From: Deinococcales bacterium | GTDB lineage: Bacteria > Deinococcota > Deinococci > Deinococcales > JAAFIG01 | Reading direction: 5' to 3' | Length of the DNA: 64,000 nucleotides | Assembly: GCA_031414595.1 (NCBI GenBank) | Contig: JANNVX010000041.1 | Location: 1 to 64,000, forward strand | Shown here: positions 28,626 to 39,038 of the stretch, piece after piece | Layout of the letters: every line of letters starts with the position of its first letter | Position numbering within the stretch: the stretch's first letter is position 1 | Made by a program: the position numbers and the translations under genes | The notes under the pieces: model-generated | What the model saw: the letters and a program-made list of their open reading frames with translations, nothing else | What the model was told of the DNA's origin: nothing | Database searches by the model: none

Positions 28626-29558
28626 CTACAGATGGGTTTTGAACCATTCAAGCGTCATGCGCCATGCTTCTTCAGCCGCATCTTTTTTGTAATTTGCACC
28701 AGTGTCGTTATGAAAAGCATGGTTTGCACCTTCAAAAATCTTGATTTGGTACTTGGTTTTGGCAGCTTTTAGGGCGGTCTCGAGGGCGGGGATTCCAGCG
28801 TTAATCCGTGTGTCGTTGCCACCATAAATTCCTAAGACGGCGGCGCTGATGTTCGGAACTTTAGCAAGGTCTGGGGCGGGTCCGTAGAATGGTACGGCAG
28901 CCAGTAATTCTTTGCTTTCGGTTGCCAGTCGCCATGTTAGCCCGCCACCAAAGCAGTAACCAGTTACACCTAAGCGCTCACTTTGGATTCCAGATGTGCG
29001 TTTTAAGACCAAAATCGCGGCTTGTAGATTTGCCATATGTTCGTCAGCACTGGTTTGGGCTAAGTAACTCGAGATTTGAGCCGTATCGGTGAATTTCTTT
29101 GTGCCACCATTCTTGCTGACCAAATCTGGGGCTAGGGCAATGTACCCAGCTTTTGCCATGCGCCGTGCTACATCTTCGATGTGTGGTTGAAGCCCACGGT
29201 TCTCGTGGATAATCAGTACACCCGGCGCACTGGCTACACCAACGGGTCGGGCTAGATACGCCATGTGTTCAAATCCCCTGTCGGTATAGACAATACTGCT
29301 GGCTTCGATACTCGGGTCTTTTGGGTCTACTTGTTGGGCTTTTAACATCGGTTCAGCTTCGGGGATACTGGCAAAAACTTGTGACCATTCGGTTTGACTG
29401 GCTGCTGCAATTCCTGCCGACTCGAGCAGGGCGGCTGCACCAACAATTCCGCCGCCAAGTAATGCCATGCGGCGCAGGAGTTCACGGCGACTGATTTCTC
29501 CATGTTGGTAATCTTCAACGAATTCTTCGACCACGTAACGGTACAGATCTTGTTTCAT
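28626..29558 (-). CDS. Dienelactone hydrolase family protein with Tat-like N-terminus
   Basis: SRRELLRR, IHENRGL, GYCFGG nucleophile, GANHAFHND. Confidence 0.9.
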   Translation of the reverse strand: MKQDLYRYVVEEFVEDYQHGEISRRELLRRMALLGGGIVGAAALLESAGIAAASQTEWSQVFASIPEAEPMLKAQQVDPKDPSIEASSIVYTDRGFEHMAYLARPVGVASAPGVLIIHENRGLQPHIEDVARRMAKAGYIALAPDLVSKNGGTKKFTDTAQISSYLAQTSADEHMANLQAAILVLKRTSGIQSERLGVTGYCFGGGLTWRLATESKELLAAVPFYGPAPDLAKVPNISAAVLGIYGGNDTRINAGIPALETALKAAKTKYQIKIFEGANHAFHNDTGANYKKDAAEEAWRMTLEWFKTHL

Positions 29559-29620
29559 AAATACCTCCTAAGTTTGGTACAAATAAAATTATGATTTAGT
29601 CAAGTGGAGATTTTATGAAG

Positions 29621-30577
29621 CTAGACCACACGGCGGTTCAGTTCACCAGTTGCCAGTGAAACAAAAAGTAAAATTCCAGCCAAAGCCGCCGCCAAGTGTG
29701 TGACTTCGCCCGGACGGGTTGTCCAACCAATGCTGCGCCCTAGGCTTTTATAGACGGCGTTCAGTTGTCCTGCGCTGCGGGCTTCAAAGTATTGTCCGCC
29801 AGTGGTTGCGGCAATTTGTTTTAGGGTTTCGGGGTCAAAACCGACCCGAAACCCCCCACTCTCGAGGTTGATTGAACCACTTTCTGTGCCAAGTCCGACG
29901 GTGTAAATTTTAACTTGTTGGTCGCGTGCCATGCCAGCCATTTCGATTGGGTCTGGTTCGCGGTTGTTGCGTCCGTCGGTTAAGAGTACCACTGCCACAG
30001 GCGGTGGGTTTTTTTCTGGTTTGGTTAGCCCGTCGGCGTTACGTCCAGGTAGTGCCGAAACCGATTCGCGGATACCAGCCCCAATAGCGGTGCCTCGTCC
30101 CATCGAAAGTTCATCTATGGCTTTTAGGACTTCTTCGTGGTTAGCTGTAGGACTGACATTAATTGCGGCATAACCCGCAAAACTGGCTAAACCAATTTTT
30201 GTGCCTTTGGGAAGTTGTTTAATAAATAACCGAGCCGCTTCTTGGGCGGCAACAAAGCGAGTTGGAACAATGTCTTTGGCATCCATTGAAAGCGAAACAT
30301 CAAGGGTAATCATGATTGTGGTTTTGTTGTCTGGGACTGGAATAGGTGCATTTGGGCGAGCCAATGCCACCACCGACATGCCAGTTGCCAGTAAAAACAC
30401 TAGGGTTGGGATGTCGCGTCCTTTTGAAAATCGCTTCTGGGAAATGCGTTGCAAAAATTCTGCGTCCGGGTGAAGCACCACACTTTCGGCAGGACGGGCT
30501 TGACTGCGTAAGTACAAATAAGCCAGCACAGGAATGACCAAAAGCGCCAAAAGTAACCAAATCCAAGTAAAACTCAT
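29621..30577 (-). CDS. VWA domain membrane protein (BatA-like)
   Basis: MIDAS DVSLSM, TAIG, LLTDG; N- and C-terminal TM segments. Confidence 0.9.
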   Translation of the reverse strand: MSFTWIWLLLALLVIPVLAYLYLRSQARPAESVVLHPDAEFLQRISQKRFSKGRDIPTLVFLLATGMSVVALARPNAPIPVPDNKTTIMITLDVSLSMDAKDIVPTRFVAAQEAARLFIKQLPKGTKIGLASFAGYAAINVSPTANHEEVLKAIDELSMGRGTAIGAGIRESVSALPGRNADGLTKPEKNPPPVAVVLLTDGRNNREPDPIEMAGMARDQQVKIYTVGLGTESGSINLESGGFRVGFDPETLKQIAATTGGQYFEARSAGQLNAVYKSLGRSIGWTTRPGEVTHLAAALAGILLFVSLATGELNRRVV

Positions 30578-30637
30578 GCCAACCTCCCCATGTACGACTG
30601 GTTCATGCCCATGTACAACTGGTTCATGCCAACCTCC
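30574..30637. repeat. Junction repeat: duplicated gene end flanking two 21-bp units
   Basis: TCATGCCAACCTCC ... CCCATGTAC(G/A)ACTGGTTCATG x2 ... TCATGCCAACCTCC. Confidence 0.8.
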
Positions 30638-31643
30638 GATGCCAAAGTAGATTCTGACCTGCCGAAATAAGTAAAAAAAGTAATGCCAAACCCGACAAAA
30701 TACCGCTTAATTCGAGTTTGGTAGGTTCAAAACGAATGGCTGTGCCGAGTTCTTTGAAGACCTTCTCGAGTTCGGCTTTGTCGTTGGTCACAGCTTGCCC
30801 TTCGCCAAGTTGGGCAATTTGTTTTAAGGTCTCGGCATTAAAGGGAATAAAAAAATCCTGTCCGTCTATTTTGGCAACTGCCCCACCTTGTTTACCAATG
30901 GCGACGGTATAAACTTTGACTTTATAGGTTTTAGCAAATTGGGTGGCGAGCCTAACATCCGCGCCAACATTACCAACCCCATCAGACAGTAAAAAAATCG
31001 CACCCGGCGGCAGAGCGGCGATATTTATGGGTTTAGCATTGGGATTCGGATTTGGCTGATTGGGGCGTAACGCGCCTGGTAAACCTTGTGGAATAATCGC
31101 CGCCGCCCGCCCCGGCAAAGAGCGCACACCCGCCACAATTGGGTCGGCTAAACTGGTGGTGTTGGAAACTTTTACCTTCTCGAGCCGCTCGAGTAACTGG
31201 GTTCGGTCGGTCGTGACGGGTACGACGGCTGCTGCACTTTCAGAAAATGTGACCAAGCCAATACGGGTGTCTTGTGGCGCGAGTTTTACAAAGTCTTTGA
31301 TTACACCTTTGGCAACCTCGAGCCTTGTGGGTTCAACATCTGGGGCAAGCATTGAACGGCTGGTGTCTAAGGCAATCATCACGGCGGCTTTGTTTTGTGG
31401 CAAAGATAAGGTCGCCGTTGGGCGCGATGAGGTAAACAGTAATGCCACCAAAGCCAATAACTGTAAGACTCGAGGGATATTGGAATGCAGCTTGGGCGCA
31501 GTTTTAATCGTGTTGCTCAGTAAATTCGCATCGGCATACGCCAGCGCTGTGTTTTTACGCCGCGCCTCGAGCCGAGTTAAACCAAACCAAGCCAGTGGCA
31601 CGAGCAGCAGCAGCAGCAGCATTTCAGGAGAAGCAAAAGTCAT
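30624..31643 (-). CDS. VWA domain membrane protein (BatA-like)
   Basis: MIDAS DTSRSM, LLSDG; paralog of the downstream gene. Confidence 0.9.
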   Translation of the reverse strand: MTFASPEMLLLLLLVPLAWFGLTRLEARRKNTALAYADANLLSNTIKTAPKLHSNIPRVLQLLALVALLFTSSRPTATLSLPQNKAAVMIALDTSRSMLAPDVEPTRLEVAKGVIKDFVKLAPQDTRIGLVTFSESAAAVVPVTTDRTQLLERLEKVKVSNTTSLADPIVAGVRSLPGRAAAIIPQGLPGALRPNQPNPNPNAKPINIAALPPGAIFLLSDGVGNVGADVRLATQFAKTYKVKVYTVAIGKQGGAVAKIDGQDFFIPFNAETLKQIAQLGEGQAVTNDKAELEKVFKELGTAIRFEPTKLELSGILSGLALLFLLISAGQNLLWHRRLA

Positions 31644-32636
31644 TTAACGCCGTCCTTTTCTGCGAATCGCAAATTTTAATAAGGGATTGAGAATCCCGTT
31701 CGCGGTAATCAGTTCTAAGTGGTCTACGGTGGCGCGTCTAAAGGATTTTTGAATTCGGTTCTCGCGTTCAAGCACCATCTGCTGATGGGCGGCTTGGACA
31801 CCTTTATCGGAGGTATCTACCCAAGTTTCTTGACCAGACACAGGGTCACGAAAACGCGCTCCACCCACTTTGGGCAATTCACGTTCTACTGGGTCAATGG
31901 TTCGCACCGCAATCAGGTCGTGTTTAATGCCTAGCCTCGAGAGGTTCTTTTCCCAAAGCGCGGGTGGCTCGAGAAAATCCGAAATCACAAAAACCAAACC
32001 GCGCCGCCGTAAGGTCTTAGCGACTTGTTCAAGGGCAGTCCCAAGGTTGGTGTGGGTCGTGGCAGTTTGATTCTCGAGCTTGGTTAATTCATCCACAATA
32101 CGCAGCGCCTGTTGCCGTCCACTTCCGGCTGGAATCAGTTTAATGCCTGTAGCACTGACTGCTAACGCCCCAACTTTATCACCGTGTCGGGTGCAAATTC
32201 GGGCTGCCAAAGCCGCAAACTCGAGCGCCAATTGATACTTGGTTAAACGCCGTGTGCCAAAGTGCATACTTGGGTTGGCATCAACAATAATCCAAGCGGT
32301 AATTTCGCGTTCTTCACGGTACTGACGCACATGCAGTTCGCCAGAACGGGCGGTCACATTCCAATCTATGCGCCGTACCTCATCGCCCGGTTGGTAGGGT
32401 CGAACTTCGGCTAAATCTAAGCTGGGTCCGTAAAAGACCCCTGTGTACTCACCGAACAAAAAACCATCCAAGCGTTTAAGAACTGTAAACTCCAGCTTTC
32501 GCAGCAATTGTTCTGGTAAGGCTATTGGCTTTACGACACTCGAGACGGCTGGCAAAGCAACAGGAAGCGCTTTTGGTTTCGGGGCGCGTCGCCAAAATGG
32601 AACTCGAGCGGGGTTTGAAGATTGAACAAGTGTCAC
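31644..32636 (-). CDS. DUF58 domain protein
   Basis: EVRPYQPGDEVRRIDWNVTAR, VRQYREERE, VISDF. Confidence 0.92.
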   Translation of the reverse strand: MTLVQSSNPARVPFWRRAPKPKALPVALPAVSSVVKPIALPEQLLRKLEFTVLKRLDGFLFGEYTGVFYGPSLDLAEVRPYQPGDEVRRIDWNVTARSGELHVRQYREEREITAWIIVDANPSMHFGTRRLTKYQLALEFAALAARICTRHGDKVGALAVSATGIKLIPAGSGRQQALRIVDELTKLENQTATTHTNLGTALEQVAKTLRRRGLVFVISDFLEPPALWEKNLSRLGIKHDLIAVRTIDPVERELPKVGGARFRDPVSGQETWVDTSDKGVQAAHQQMVLERENRIQKSFRRATVDHLELITANGILNPLLKFAIRRKGRR

Positions 32637-32657
32637 GGTTAATCCTTAGCTTGGGCT

Positions 32658-32683
32658 GGGCGAACACAGAGGTTCGCCCCTAC
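32658..32683 (-). repeat. GTAG-type REP palindrome
   Basis: Reverse complement GTAGGGGCGAACCTCTGTGTTCGCCC; matches copies at 1323 and 51025. Confidence 0.85.
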
Positions 32684-32731
32684 GGTGTATTGGTGGTGTA
32701 TTATTCTTTGGTTGCTCGGTAAAAAACAGGA

Positions 32732-33793
32732 TTACAAATTAACTTCGATGTTGTTCATTGGGCTGGGGTTAGGAACGGCATCCACCGATTTGTACGGGTC
32801 GCCAAGATGAACCCTTGGGAGGGAAATGTTCTGCACAATTTGGCTGATAATGCCCTCCATGCTAATGCCATCTGCCAGCGCATCGTAACTAGGGATAATA
32901 CGGTGGCGCAGCACATCAAAGGCTAAGTCGCGGACATCTTCGGGTAGGGCGTATTCGCGTCCACGCATAATCGCAAGGGCTTTAGCACCTAGAATTAAAT
33001 TGATGCTGGCTCGAGGACTTGCACCTATCGAAATAAATTTTTTCAGTTCGGGTAGTTTGGCTTCCGATGGTTCACGGGTGGCTCGAGCCAGACGCACGGC
33101 GTACTCGGTGACACTCGGGTGAACGTACACTTGGTCTGCCATGCCTTGCAGCTTGACCAGTTCGTCTAGGGTCAGTTTAACATCTAACTTATCGAACTTG
33201 GCACTGACACGATCTACAATTGTCATTTCTTCGTGGAAACCAGGATAAGAAATCACGACCTTGAACATAAACCTATCCACTTGGGCTTCAGGCAAAAAGT
33301 ATGTGCCTTCGGACTCGATAGGGTTTTGGGTAGCAAGAACTAAAAACGGGTTAGGCAGTGGAAAAGTCTGTTGCCCAATCGTCACTTGGCGCTCCTGCAT
33401 TGCCTCGAGCAGCGCACTTTGAATTTTAGCTGGAGCGCGGTTAATTTCGTCGGCTAGAATCAGATTTGCCACAATCGGACCAAGTTCGGTTTCAAACTTG
33501 GCTTCTTTTTGATTATAAATTCGCGTGCCAATTAAATCGGCTGGAACAAGGTCTGGGGTAAATTGAATCCGCTTAAAACTTGCGCCAATCGCGTCGGCGG
33601 TGCTTTTAATCGCTAAAGTTTTTGCCAGACCCGGAACACCTTCAATTAAAATATGTCCGCGAGCAATCAAAGCCACCAGTAAGCGCTCGAGCATCACATC
33701 TTGCCCAACGATGACACGTTTGACTTCAAATAAAAGGGTGCGAATTTTAGCGCTGGCATCCATGACATCTTTGGGATTAAGGGGGGTGTTCAT
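32732..33793 (-). CDS. MoxR-family AAA+ ATPase
   Basis: EGVPGLAKT, RIQFTPDL, DEINRAPAKIQSALLEAM, ATQNPIE. Confidence 0.95.
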   Translation of the reverse strand: MNTPLNPKDVMDASAKIRTLLFEVKRVIVGQDVMLERLLVALIARGHILIEGVPGLAKTLAIKSTADAIGASFKRIQFTPDLVPADLIGTRIYNQKEAKFETELGPIVANLILADEINRAPAKIQSALLEAMQERQVTIGQQTFPLPNPFLVLATQNPIESEGTYFLPEAQVDRFMFKVVISYPGFHEEMTIVDRVSAKFDKLDVKLTLDELVKLQGMADQVYVHPSVTEYAVRLARATREPSEAKLPELKKFISIGASPRASINLILGAKALAIMRGREYALPEDVRDLAFDVLRHRIIPSYDALADGISMEGIISQIVQNISLPRVHLGDPYKSVDAVPNPSPMNNIEVNL

Positions 33794-33869
33794 TATGCTC
33801 CAGTTTGCGGTATGGGAATGAAGGACGTGTGAATAAAGGCAAAGGACAAAAGGTTGAAAACTGTTTTGG

Positions 33870-34334
33870 CTAACTTCTGGGGTTTGTTGGGGTGTTTGGA
33901 CTCGAGGGTGTGCTTGGTGTACTTGGACTCGAGGGTGTACCGGGATTCAAGGGAATCAGTTCTTGCGCTCCGCCGGGTTGACTGGGTTGATTGCCTTGTC
34001 CTTGACCGGGTTGTTGACCGGGGCGCGGAAAGGTAAAGAGTTGACCATCTTGGTAGATTTGCACAGGGCAATCTGCCGGGGCTTGTCCTTGACCGGGTTG
34101 AGGTTGTTGCCCTTGACCAGGTTGCTGACCGTTTGGACCTAATGGAATCAGTTCTCGAGGGTCGTTAGGGGCTGGCTGTTGGGTTTGCGGGGCAGCATTT
34201 TGCACCATCACCAAGGCAGAAGAACTTCGGGCTGCTCGAGCTTCAAGGGCTGTATTTGGAAGACTGACCCGACCCAGAAAAAAGCCAGCACCAAGCAGTG
34301 CAAAAGCGGCTGCCAATAAACCAAGTGATTTCAT
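33870..34334 (-). CDS. Hypothetical Pro/Gln-rich membrane-anchored or secreted protein heading the MoxR operon
   Basis: N-terminal hydrophobic segment; ELIPL twice; PSTP repeats; TACAAT 6 nt before ATG. Confidence 0.7.
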   Translation of the reverse strand: MKSLGLLAAAFALLGAGFFLGRVSLPNTALEARAARSSSALVMVQNAAPQTQQPAPNDPRELIPLGPNGQQPGQGQQPQPGQGQAPADCPVQIYQDGQLFTFPRPGQQPGQGQGNQPSQPGGAQELIPLNPGTPSSPSTPSTPSSPNTPTNPRS

Positions 34335-34424
34335 GGGTGTATTGTAGCGCTTTTAGTGTGAAGCAATTGAATAGAAAATGACAATAAAATTCACATAAAC
34401 TTCAAAAACGCTATGCTGTGGCGG

Positions 34425-34658
34425 ATGAATCTACATCTCCAAAATGCCTTATTCGATTTGGCTGTCAACCGTGCGGCTCGAGTTACAGCGCTTTTGGGCA
34501 TGGGGCATTTGCAAGTTTGGCATCAAAAAACCAGATTTGCAATTCGGATTCCGATAGAATCCATTCGGGCTGCCCTCGAGAGTCGCCCAAGTGGAATCTA
34601 TCATTGGCGTGGTGGTGAACGAGGGATGTGGCATGAGGGAAAAGCAGTTACTCCATAA
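34425..34658 (+). CDS. Small hypothetical protein
   Basis: Fills an intergenic gap; TATGCT 7 nt before ATG 34425; no recognised domain. Confidence 0.45.
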   Translation: MNLHLQNALFDLAVNRAARVTALLGMGHLQVWHQKTRFAIRIPIESIRAALESRPSGIYHWRGGERGMWHEGKAVTP

Positions 34659-35664
34659 GTTTGATATTTTGCCCTGTGCTACTCGAATCATAACAAGCAA
34701 GCGCAACCCGCAGTCCTTCATACCCATCTTGCCAAGTAATCGGTACGGGTGTGTCTGAACGCACCGCATCCAAAAATGCGCCTAGCATCTTGGCGGTGGC
34801 ATCTGACCCCCAGCCGAGCCAATTGGCAATTCTTGGAGCGCGACTCGAGTAGAGGCTTAATTTACCCGCAAAGGCATCTATTTCAAAAGCCCCATCTTCA
34901 AGAATAACCTCGAGTTTTAGGTGTCCCCAACGTGGATAAATTCCAACAGGGCGACTCCATGAACAATCTATACTGGCTGGTACTCGAGTTTCGCCCGTTC
35001 CTAAAATCAGCGTGGCAAAGCCGGCACTGTCAATCTCGAGGTCTGGAAAAAATGGGTTGCTGACTTCGGCTTGGACGCGACTAACTTCGGTCTCCAGTAG
35101 CCACCTGTACAAGTCGGTCAGGTGAACCGTGTGATCCATCACCGCGCCGCCGCCAGCCAAGGTTTTATTGGCAAACCAAGCGCGGCGGTGCATTGGATTT
35201 TCGGCGTGGTTGATGCCAATAATTGCTAGGACTCGTCCTAAGTCTTTTTGGGCTAAACGCGCTTTTAAGGAAATCAGGCTCGAGTCAAAGCGCATTGGGT
35301 AGGCAGTCATAAATTGTACCCCTGCGGCTTGACAAACCTCCTGCATTTGCAGCGCATCTTCTAAAGTCGTGGCAATCGGTTTTTCGCACAGAATATGCGC
35401 CCCACCTCGAGCCGCCAATCTGGTCAACGGCAAGTGCAACGATGTTTCCGAGCAGATAATTACCGCCTCTGGGCGTTCTGCCATCAGGGCTGCGTGGGTC
35501 GCAAAGTGTTTGAGTTTTGTACTACTCGAGAATGCCTCGGCTCGAGTTACGAGGCTTTCAGAGAAACCTAGAATCTCGATATTTGGAGTACGTTGTAAAA
35601 TATCGGCAAAGCCATCGGCGTGGACATGGGCGGTACTTAAAATTCCAATACGAAGGGTTTTCAT
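34648..35664 (-). CDS. Gfo/Idh/MocA family oxidoreductase
   Basis: HILCEKP, GGGAVMDHTVH. Confidence 0.9.
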   Translation of the reverse strand: MKTLRIGILSTAHVHADGFADILQRTPNIEILGFSESLVTRAEAFSSSTKLKHFATHAALMAERPEAVIICSETSLHLPLTRLAARGGAHILCEKPIATTLEDALQMQEVCQAAGVQFMTAYPMRFDSSLISLKARLAQKDLGRVLAIIGINHAENPMHRRAWFANKTLAGGGAVMDHTVHLTDLYRWLLETEVSRVQAEVSNPFFPDLEIDSAGFATLILGTGETRVPASIDCSWSRPVGIYPRWGHLKLEVILEDGAFEIDAFAGKLSLYSSRAPRIANWLGWGSDATAKMLGAFLDAVRSDTPVPITWQDGYEGLRVALACYDSSSTGQNIKLME

Positions 35665-36656
35665 AAGTTCACCACTAAATTGCTGCCCAAGGATTCACGT
35701 ACTGCCAAACCGACTTTTAGGGCAGTCAGGGCATCTTCGGGCGTGACTAAAAATGGTGAATTGGTCTCGAGGGCATGTTTGACATGGGCAATTTGCAAAT
35801 GGTACGGGTCTGCTCCACCACTTAAAACAGGCAGCCCAACGGAGGCAATGCTCTGTGCTACTGGCGGCAAAAAACTCTGGACACTGTTTGCATCATCTGA
35901 GCGCCATTCGATTACACCATCTGTGCCAGCCACATCAAAACCAGTCCGAAAGACACCTTTGGGGTACGCCCATGCCCCCTCGAGATGGGCGATTGCACCA
36001 CTGGCAAAACGTAGTGTCGCAAGAACAACATCGCCTTTGGCATCGGGATGGAGGCTGCGAGAGCTACGCGCAAAAACCCGTGTCACCAGACCAGCGCCTG
36101 CCAGACCAGCAAACCAATTTGCCACATCAAAATCATGCACCATTAAATCCAGTGGCACACCGCCTGAACGGGTTTCGTCCAAAAACCAATTATCACCTTC
36201 TTTGGCAGGTTGATAGCCAGCCCGTTTTAAGCGCATTGTACCAAGCGCCCCAATTTCGCCTCGAGCGATACTAGCAGCCGCCGTTTGGTATTGTTCAAAA
36301 AAACGCACCACATGGGCAATAAAAAGGCGCACACCTGCTTTTTGACAGGTCTCAAGCATGGTGGTTGCATCTTCTAAAGTCAGTGCCATTGGTTTTTCGC
36401 ACACCACATGCTTACCAGCCTTAGCAGCCAAAAGCGTAAACTCGAGATGCTGCGGGGTCGGTAAACAAATATCCACCACATCTGCCAATTCAAGCAGTTC
36501 TGGGAGGCTGCAAACCTTGGCGTTGTGTTCTCGAGCCAGCCGCTCGGTTTGGGCAGTGTTTTGGTCATAGAGTGCCACGACCTCCGCCCCAGCCGCTCGC
36601 CAAGCCGCCAAATGCACCTGCCCCATTAAGCCCAAACCAATTATTCCTATTCGCAT
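35661..36656 (-). CDS. Gfo/Idh/MocA family oxidoreductase
   Basis: GIIGLGLMG, HVVCEKP, SGGVPLDLMVHD. Confidence 0.92.
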   Translation of the reverse strand: MRIGIIGLGLMGQVHLAAWRAAGAEVVALYDQNTAQTERLAREHNAKVCSLPELLELADVVDICLPTPQHLEFTLLAAKAGKHVVCEKPMALTLEDATTMLETCQKAGVRLFIAHVVRFFEQYQTAAASIARGEIGALGTMRLKRAGYQPAKEGDNWFLDETRSGGVPLDLMVHDFDVANWFAGLAGAGLVTRVFARSSRSLHPDAKGDVVLATLRFASGAIAHLEGAWAYPKGVFRTGFDVAGTDGVIEWRSDDANSVQSFLPPVAQSIASVGLPVLSGGADPYHLQIAHVKHALETNSPFLVTPEDALTALKVGLAVRESLGSNLVVNL

Positions 36657-36730
36657 TATCTTTAGTATACCTACTTGCGAACCCTACAAGAGCAGCAGTA
36701 GACTACAGCCTCAAAACAAATAGGAGGCTT

Positions 36731-37990
36731 ATGAAAAAAGCAGCAACCGTGGCATTTTTATTGGCAACAGGCGCAATTTTAGGTGGTTTGGCATTATCGC
36801 AAGATAAAACCAAAATCAGCATCGAATCTTGGCGCAACGATGACCTAAAAATTTGGCAAACTCAAATTATTCCAGCTTTTAACAAAAAATTCCCGAATAT
36901 CGAAGTGGTTTTTGCACCGAGCGCCCCAACCGAGTACAACGCGGCACTGGATGCAAAACTGCAAGCGGGAAGCGCTGGCGACTTAATAACTTGTCGCCCA
37001 TTTGATAAGAGCCTCGAGTTATTCGCCAAAAAACAACTCGACGCGCTCGACGGCTTAAAAGGCATGAGCAATTTTTCGAGCGTCGCTAAAAGCGCTTGGC
37101 AAACCGACGATGGCAAAAGCACTTTTTGCTTACCAATGGCAAGTGTGATTCACGGCTTTATTTACAATAAAAAAATCTTTACAGAATTAAAGCTGTCTGT
37201 GCCAAAAACCGAAGCCGAAATGTTTAGCTTACTCGAGAAAATCAAGAGCAACGGTAAGTACGCCCCGCTTGTGATGGGAACAAAAGACCAATGGGAAAGC
37301 GCCACCATGGGCTACCAGAACATCGGACCTAACCATTGGGGTGGTGAAGCAGGGCGTTTAGGACTGATTAAAGGCACAGCCAAATACAACACTGGAGGTT
37401 TCTTAAAAGCCTTTGAATCGCTTGGTAAATGGAAAACTTACTTACCTAAAGGCTACCAAGCCATTGCTTACCCTGATGCTCAGAACCTCTTTAGCCTTGG
37501 TAAAGGCGCGATATACCCAGCCGGTTCTTGGGACATCAGCACCTTCAGAGCCGCAAAAATGGATATTGGCGCATTCAAAGCCCCTGCCCCAGCCGGAAGT
37601 AAAAAATGCTATATCTCTGACCACACCGACATCGGTATTGGCTTAAACGCCGCCAGTCCAAACAAAGACGCAGCCAAAACCTTTTTAGAGTGGATGAGCA
37701 GCGACGAATTTGCCAGTATTTACAGTAACGCCCTACCGGGATTTTTTAGCTTAAACAGCAAAGCCAAAGTTAAACTAACCGACCCAGTAGCCCAAGAATT
37801 TGTCTCATGGCGCGGACAATGCGAAAGCACCATCCGCAGTGGCTACCAAATTCTATCTAGGGGAACACCGAACAACGAAAATGACCTTTGGGCAGCCAGT
37901 GCGGCTGTCTTAAACGGCACAAAAACCGCTAAACAAGCGGCGGACGAAGTGCAAAAAGGCTTAGACAGTTGGTACAAGCCCGCCAAGTAA
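36731..37990 (+). CDS. Sugar ABC transporter substrate-binding protein
   Basis: AGGAGG RBS, ATG 36731, signal peptide, FIYNKKIF, YPAGSWD; followed by two permeases. Confidence 0.9.
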   Translation: MKKAATVAFLLATGAILGGLALSQDKTKISIESWRNDDLKIWQTQIIPAFNKKFPNIEVVFAPSAPTEYNAALDAKLQAGSAGDLITCRPFDKSLELFAKKQLDALDGLKGMSNFSSVAKSAWQTDDGKSTFCLPMASVIHGFIYNKKIFTELKLSVPKTEAEMFSLLEKIKSNGKYAPLVMGTKDQWESATMGYQNIGPNHWGGEAGRLGLIKGTAKYNTGGFLKAFESLGKWKTYLPKGYQAIAYPDAQNLFSLGKGAIYPAGSWDISTFRAAKMDIGAFKAPAPAGSKKCYISDHTDIGIGLNAASPNKDAAKTFLEWMSSDEFASIYSNALPGFFSLNSKAKVKLTDPVAQEFVSWRGQCESTIRSGYQILSRGTPNNENDLWAASAAVLNGTKTAKQAADEVQKGLDSWYKPAK

Positions 37991-38050
37991 GCTGGCTCGA
38001 GACATTTAAGGGGCAGAAATGCCCCTCTTTTTGTTCAATAAGAATCAACA

Positions 38051-38962
38051 ATGCCTAAAAAATTCCCTTTTCACATTCTGGTTTTTACTGCCCCAGCCGT
38101 GCTTTTATACTCGGTGTTCATGATTTATCCGCTTTTTGATAGTTTGCGCTTATCGTTATTTGCACAGGGCTTAGATTTCAAACCAGTCTTTGTGGGTTTA
38201 GAAAATTACCATAAACTCTTAACCGATGAACGCCTTGCGCCAACGCTTTGGAATGCTGTCCAGAATAATGCTGTATTCTTTGTGATTCACATGGTTTTGC
38301 AAAATCCAATTGGGCTGGGTTTAGCGGTTTTACTCAATGGCAAGATACGTGGCAGCAGCCTTTACCGCAGCCTGATTTTTATTCCGACCGTGCTTTCGGT
38401 GGTGCTGGTTGGTTTGTCTTGGCGGATGATTTTATCGCCAATTTGGGGCATCGCCGAAGGTGCATTGGGGGTTTTTGGTTTACAAAGTTGGTATCAGCCT
38501 TGGCTTGGTCTCGAGAATTCCGCCCTTTTAACGGTTTCTTTGATGAGTGTTTGGCAGAACGTCGGTATTCCAATGATGCTGTTCTTGGCGGCGCTGGTGC
38601 GAATTCCCGAAGAACTGCTTGAGGCGGCTCGAGTAGATGGGGCTTCTTTTTGGACTATTTTTTGGCGGATTCAATTTCCACTGATTTTGCCAGTTGTCGG
38701 GATTGTAACAGTGCTAACTTTTGTTGGTAATTTTAATGCTTTTGATTTGGTGTACGCTTCACAAGGCGCGTTGGCGGGACCTGACTTTAGTACCGATTTA
38801 TTGGGAACATTTTTTTACCGTACTTTCTTTGGTTTTCAGTTGCAAAGCGGTAATCCGTATCTTGGGGCAAGCATTGCTGGGGTAATGCTGCTGATTATTC
38901 TGGGTGGTTTGTTGTTTTACTTATTTACCTTTGTGCGCCGCGTTGAACAGGTGGAATACTGA
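38051..38962 (+). CDS. Carbohydrate ABC transporter permease
   Basis: FVGLENY, ELLEAARVDGA EAA motif. Confidence 0.92.
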   Translation: MPKKFPFHILVFTAPAVLLYSVFMIYPLFDSLRLSLFAQGLDFKPVFVGLENYHKLLTDERLAPTLWNAVQNNAVFFVIHMVLQNPIGLGLAVLLNGKIRGSSLYRSLIFIPTVLSVVLVGLSWRMILSPIWGIAEGALGVFGLQSWYQPWLGLENSALLTVSLMSVWQNVGIPMMLFLAALVRIPEELLEAARVDGASFWTIFWRIQFPLILPVVGIVTVLTFVGNFNAFDLVYASQGALAGPDFSTDLLGTFFYRTFFGFQLQSGNPYLGASIAGVMLLIILGGLLFYLFTFVRRVEQVEY

Positions 38963-39038
38963 TGATTGCTACACAGGTGGAATACGTTTCCCTACAGGTA
39001 AAATACTGATGATTTCCCTACAGGTAAAATACTGATGA
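38947..39038. repeat. Four degenerate copies of the permease stop/start junction
   Basis: ACAGGT(GG/AA)AATAC(TGATGA) at 38947, 38973, 38994, 39020. Confidence 0.8.

Noticed and set aside
29621-33793. MoxR-DUF58-VWA-VWA operon as a new system
   Set aside because: A well-known conserved gene arrangement of the MoxR family.
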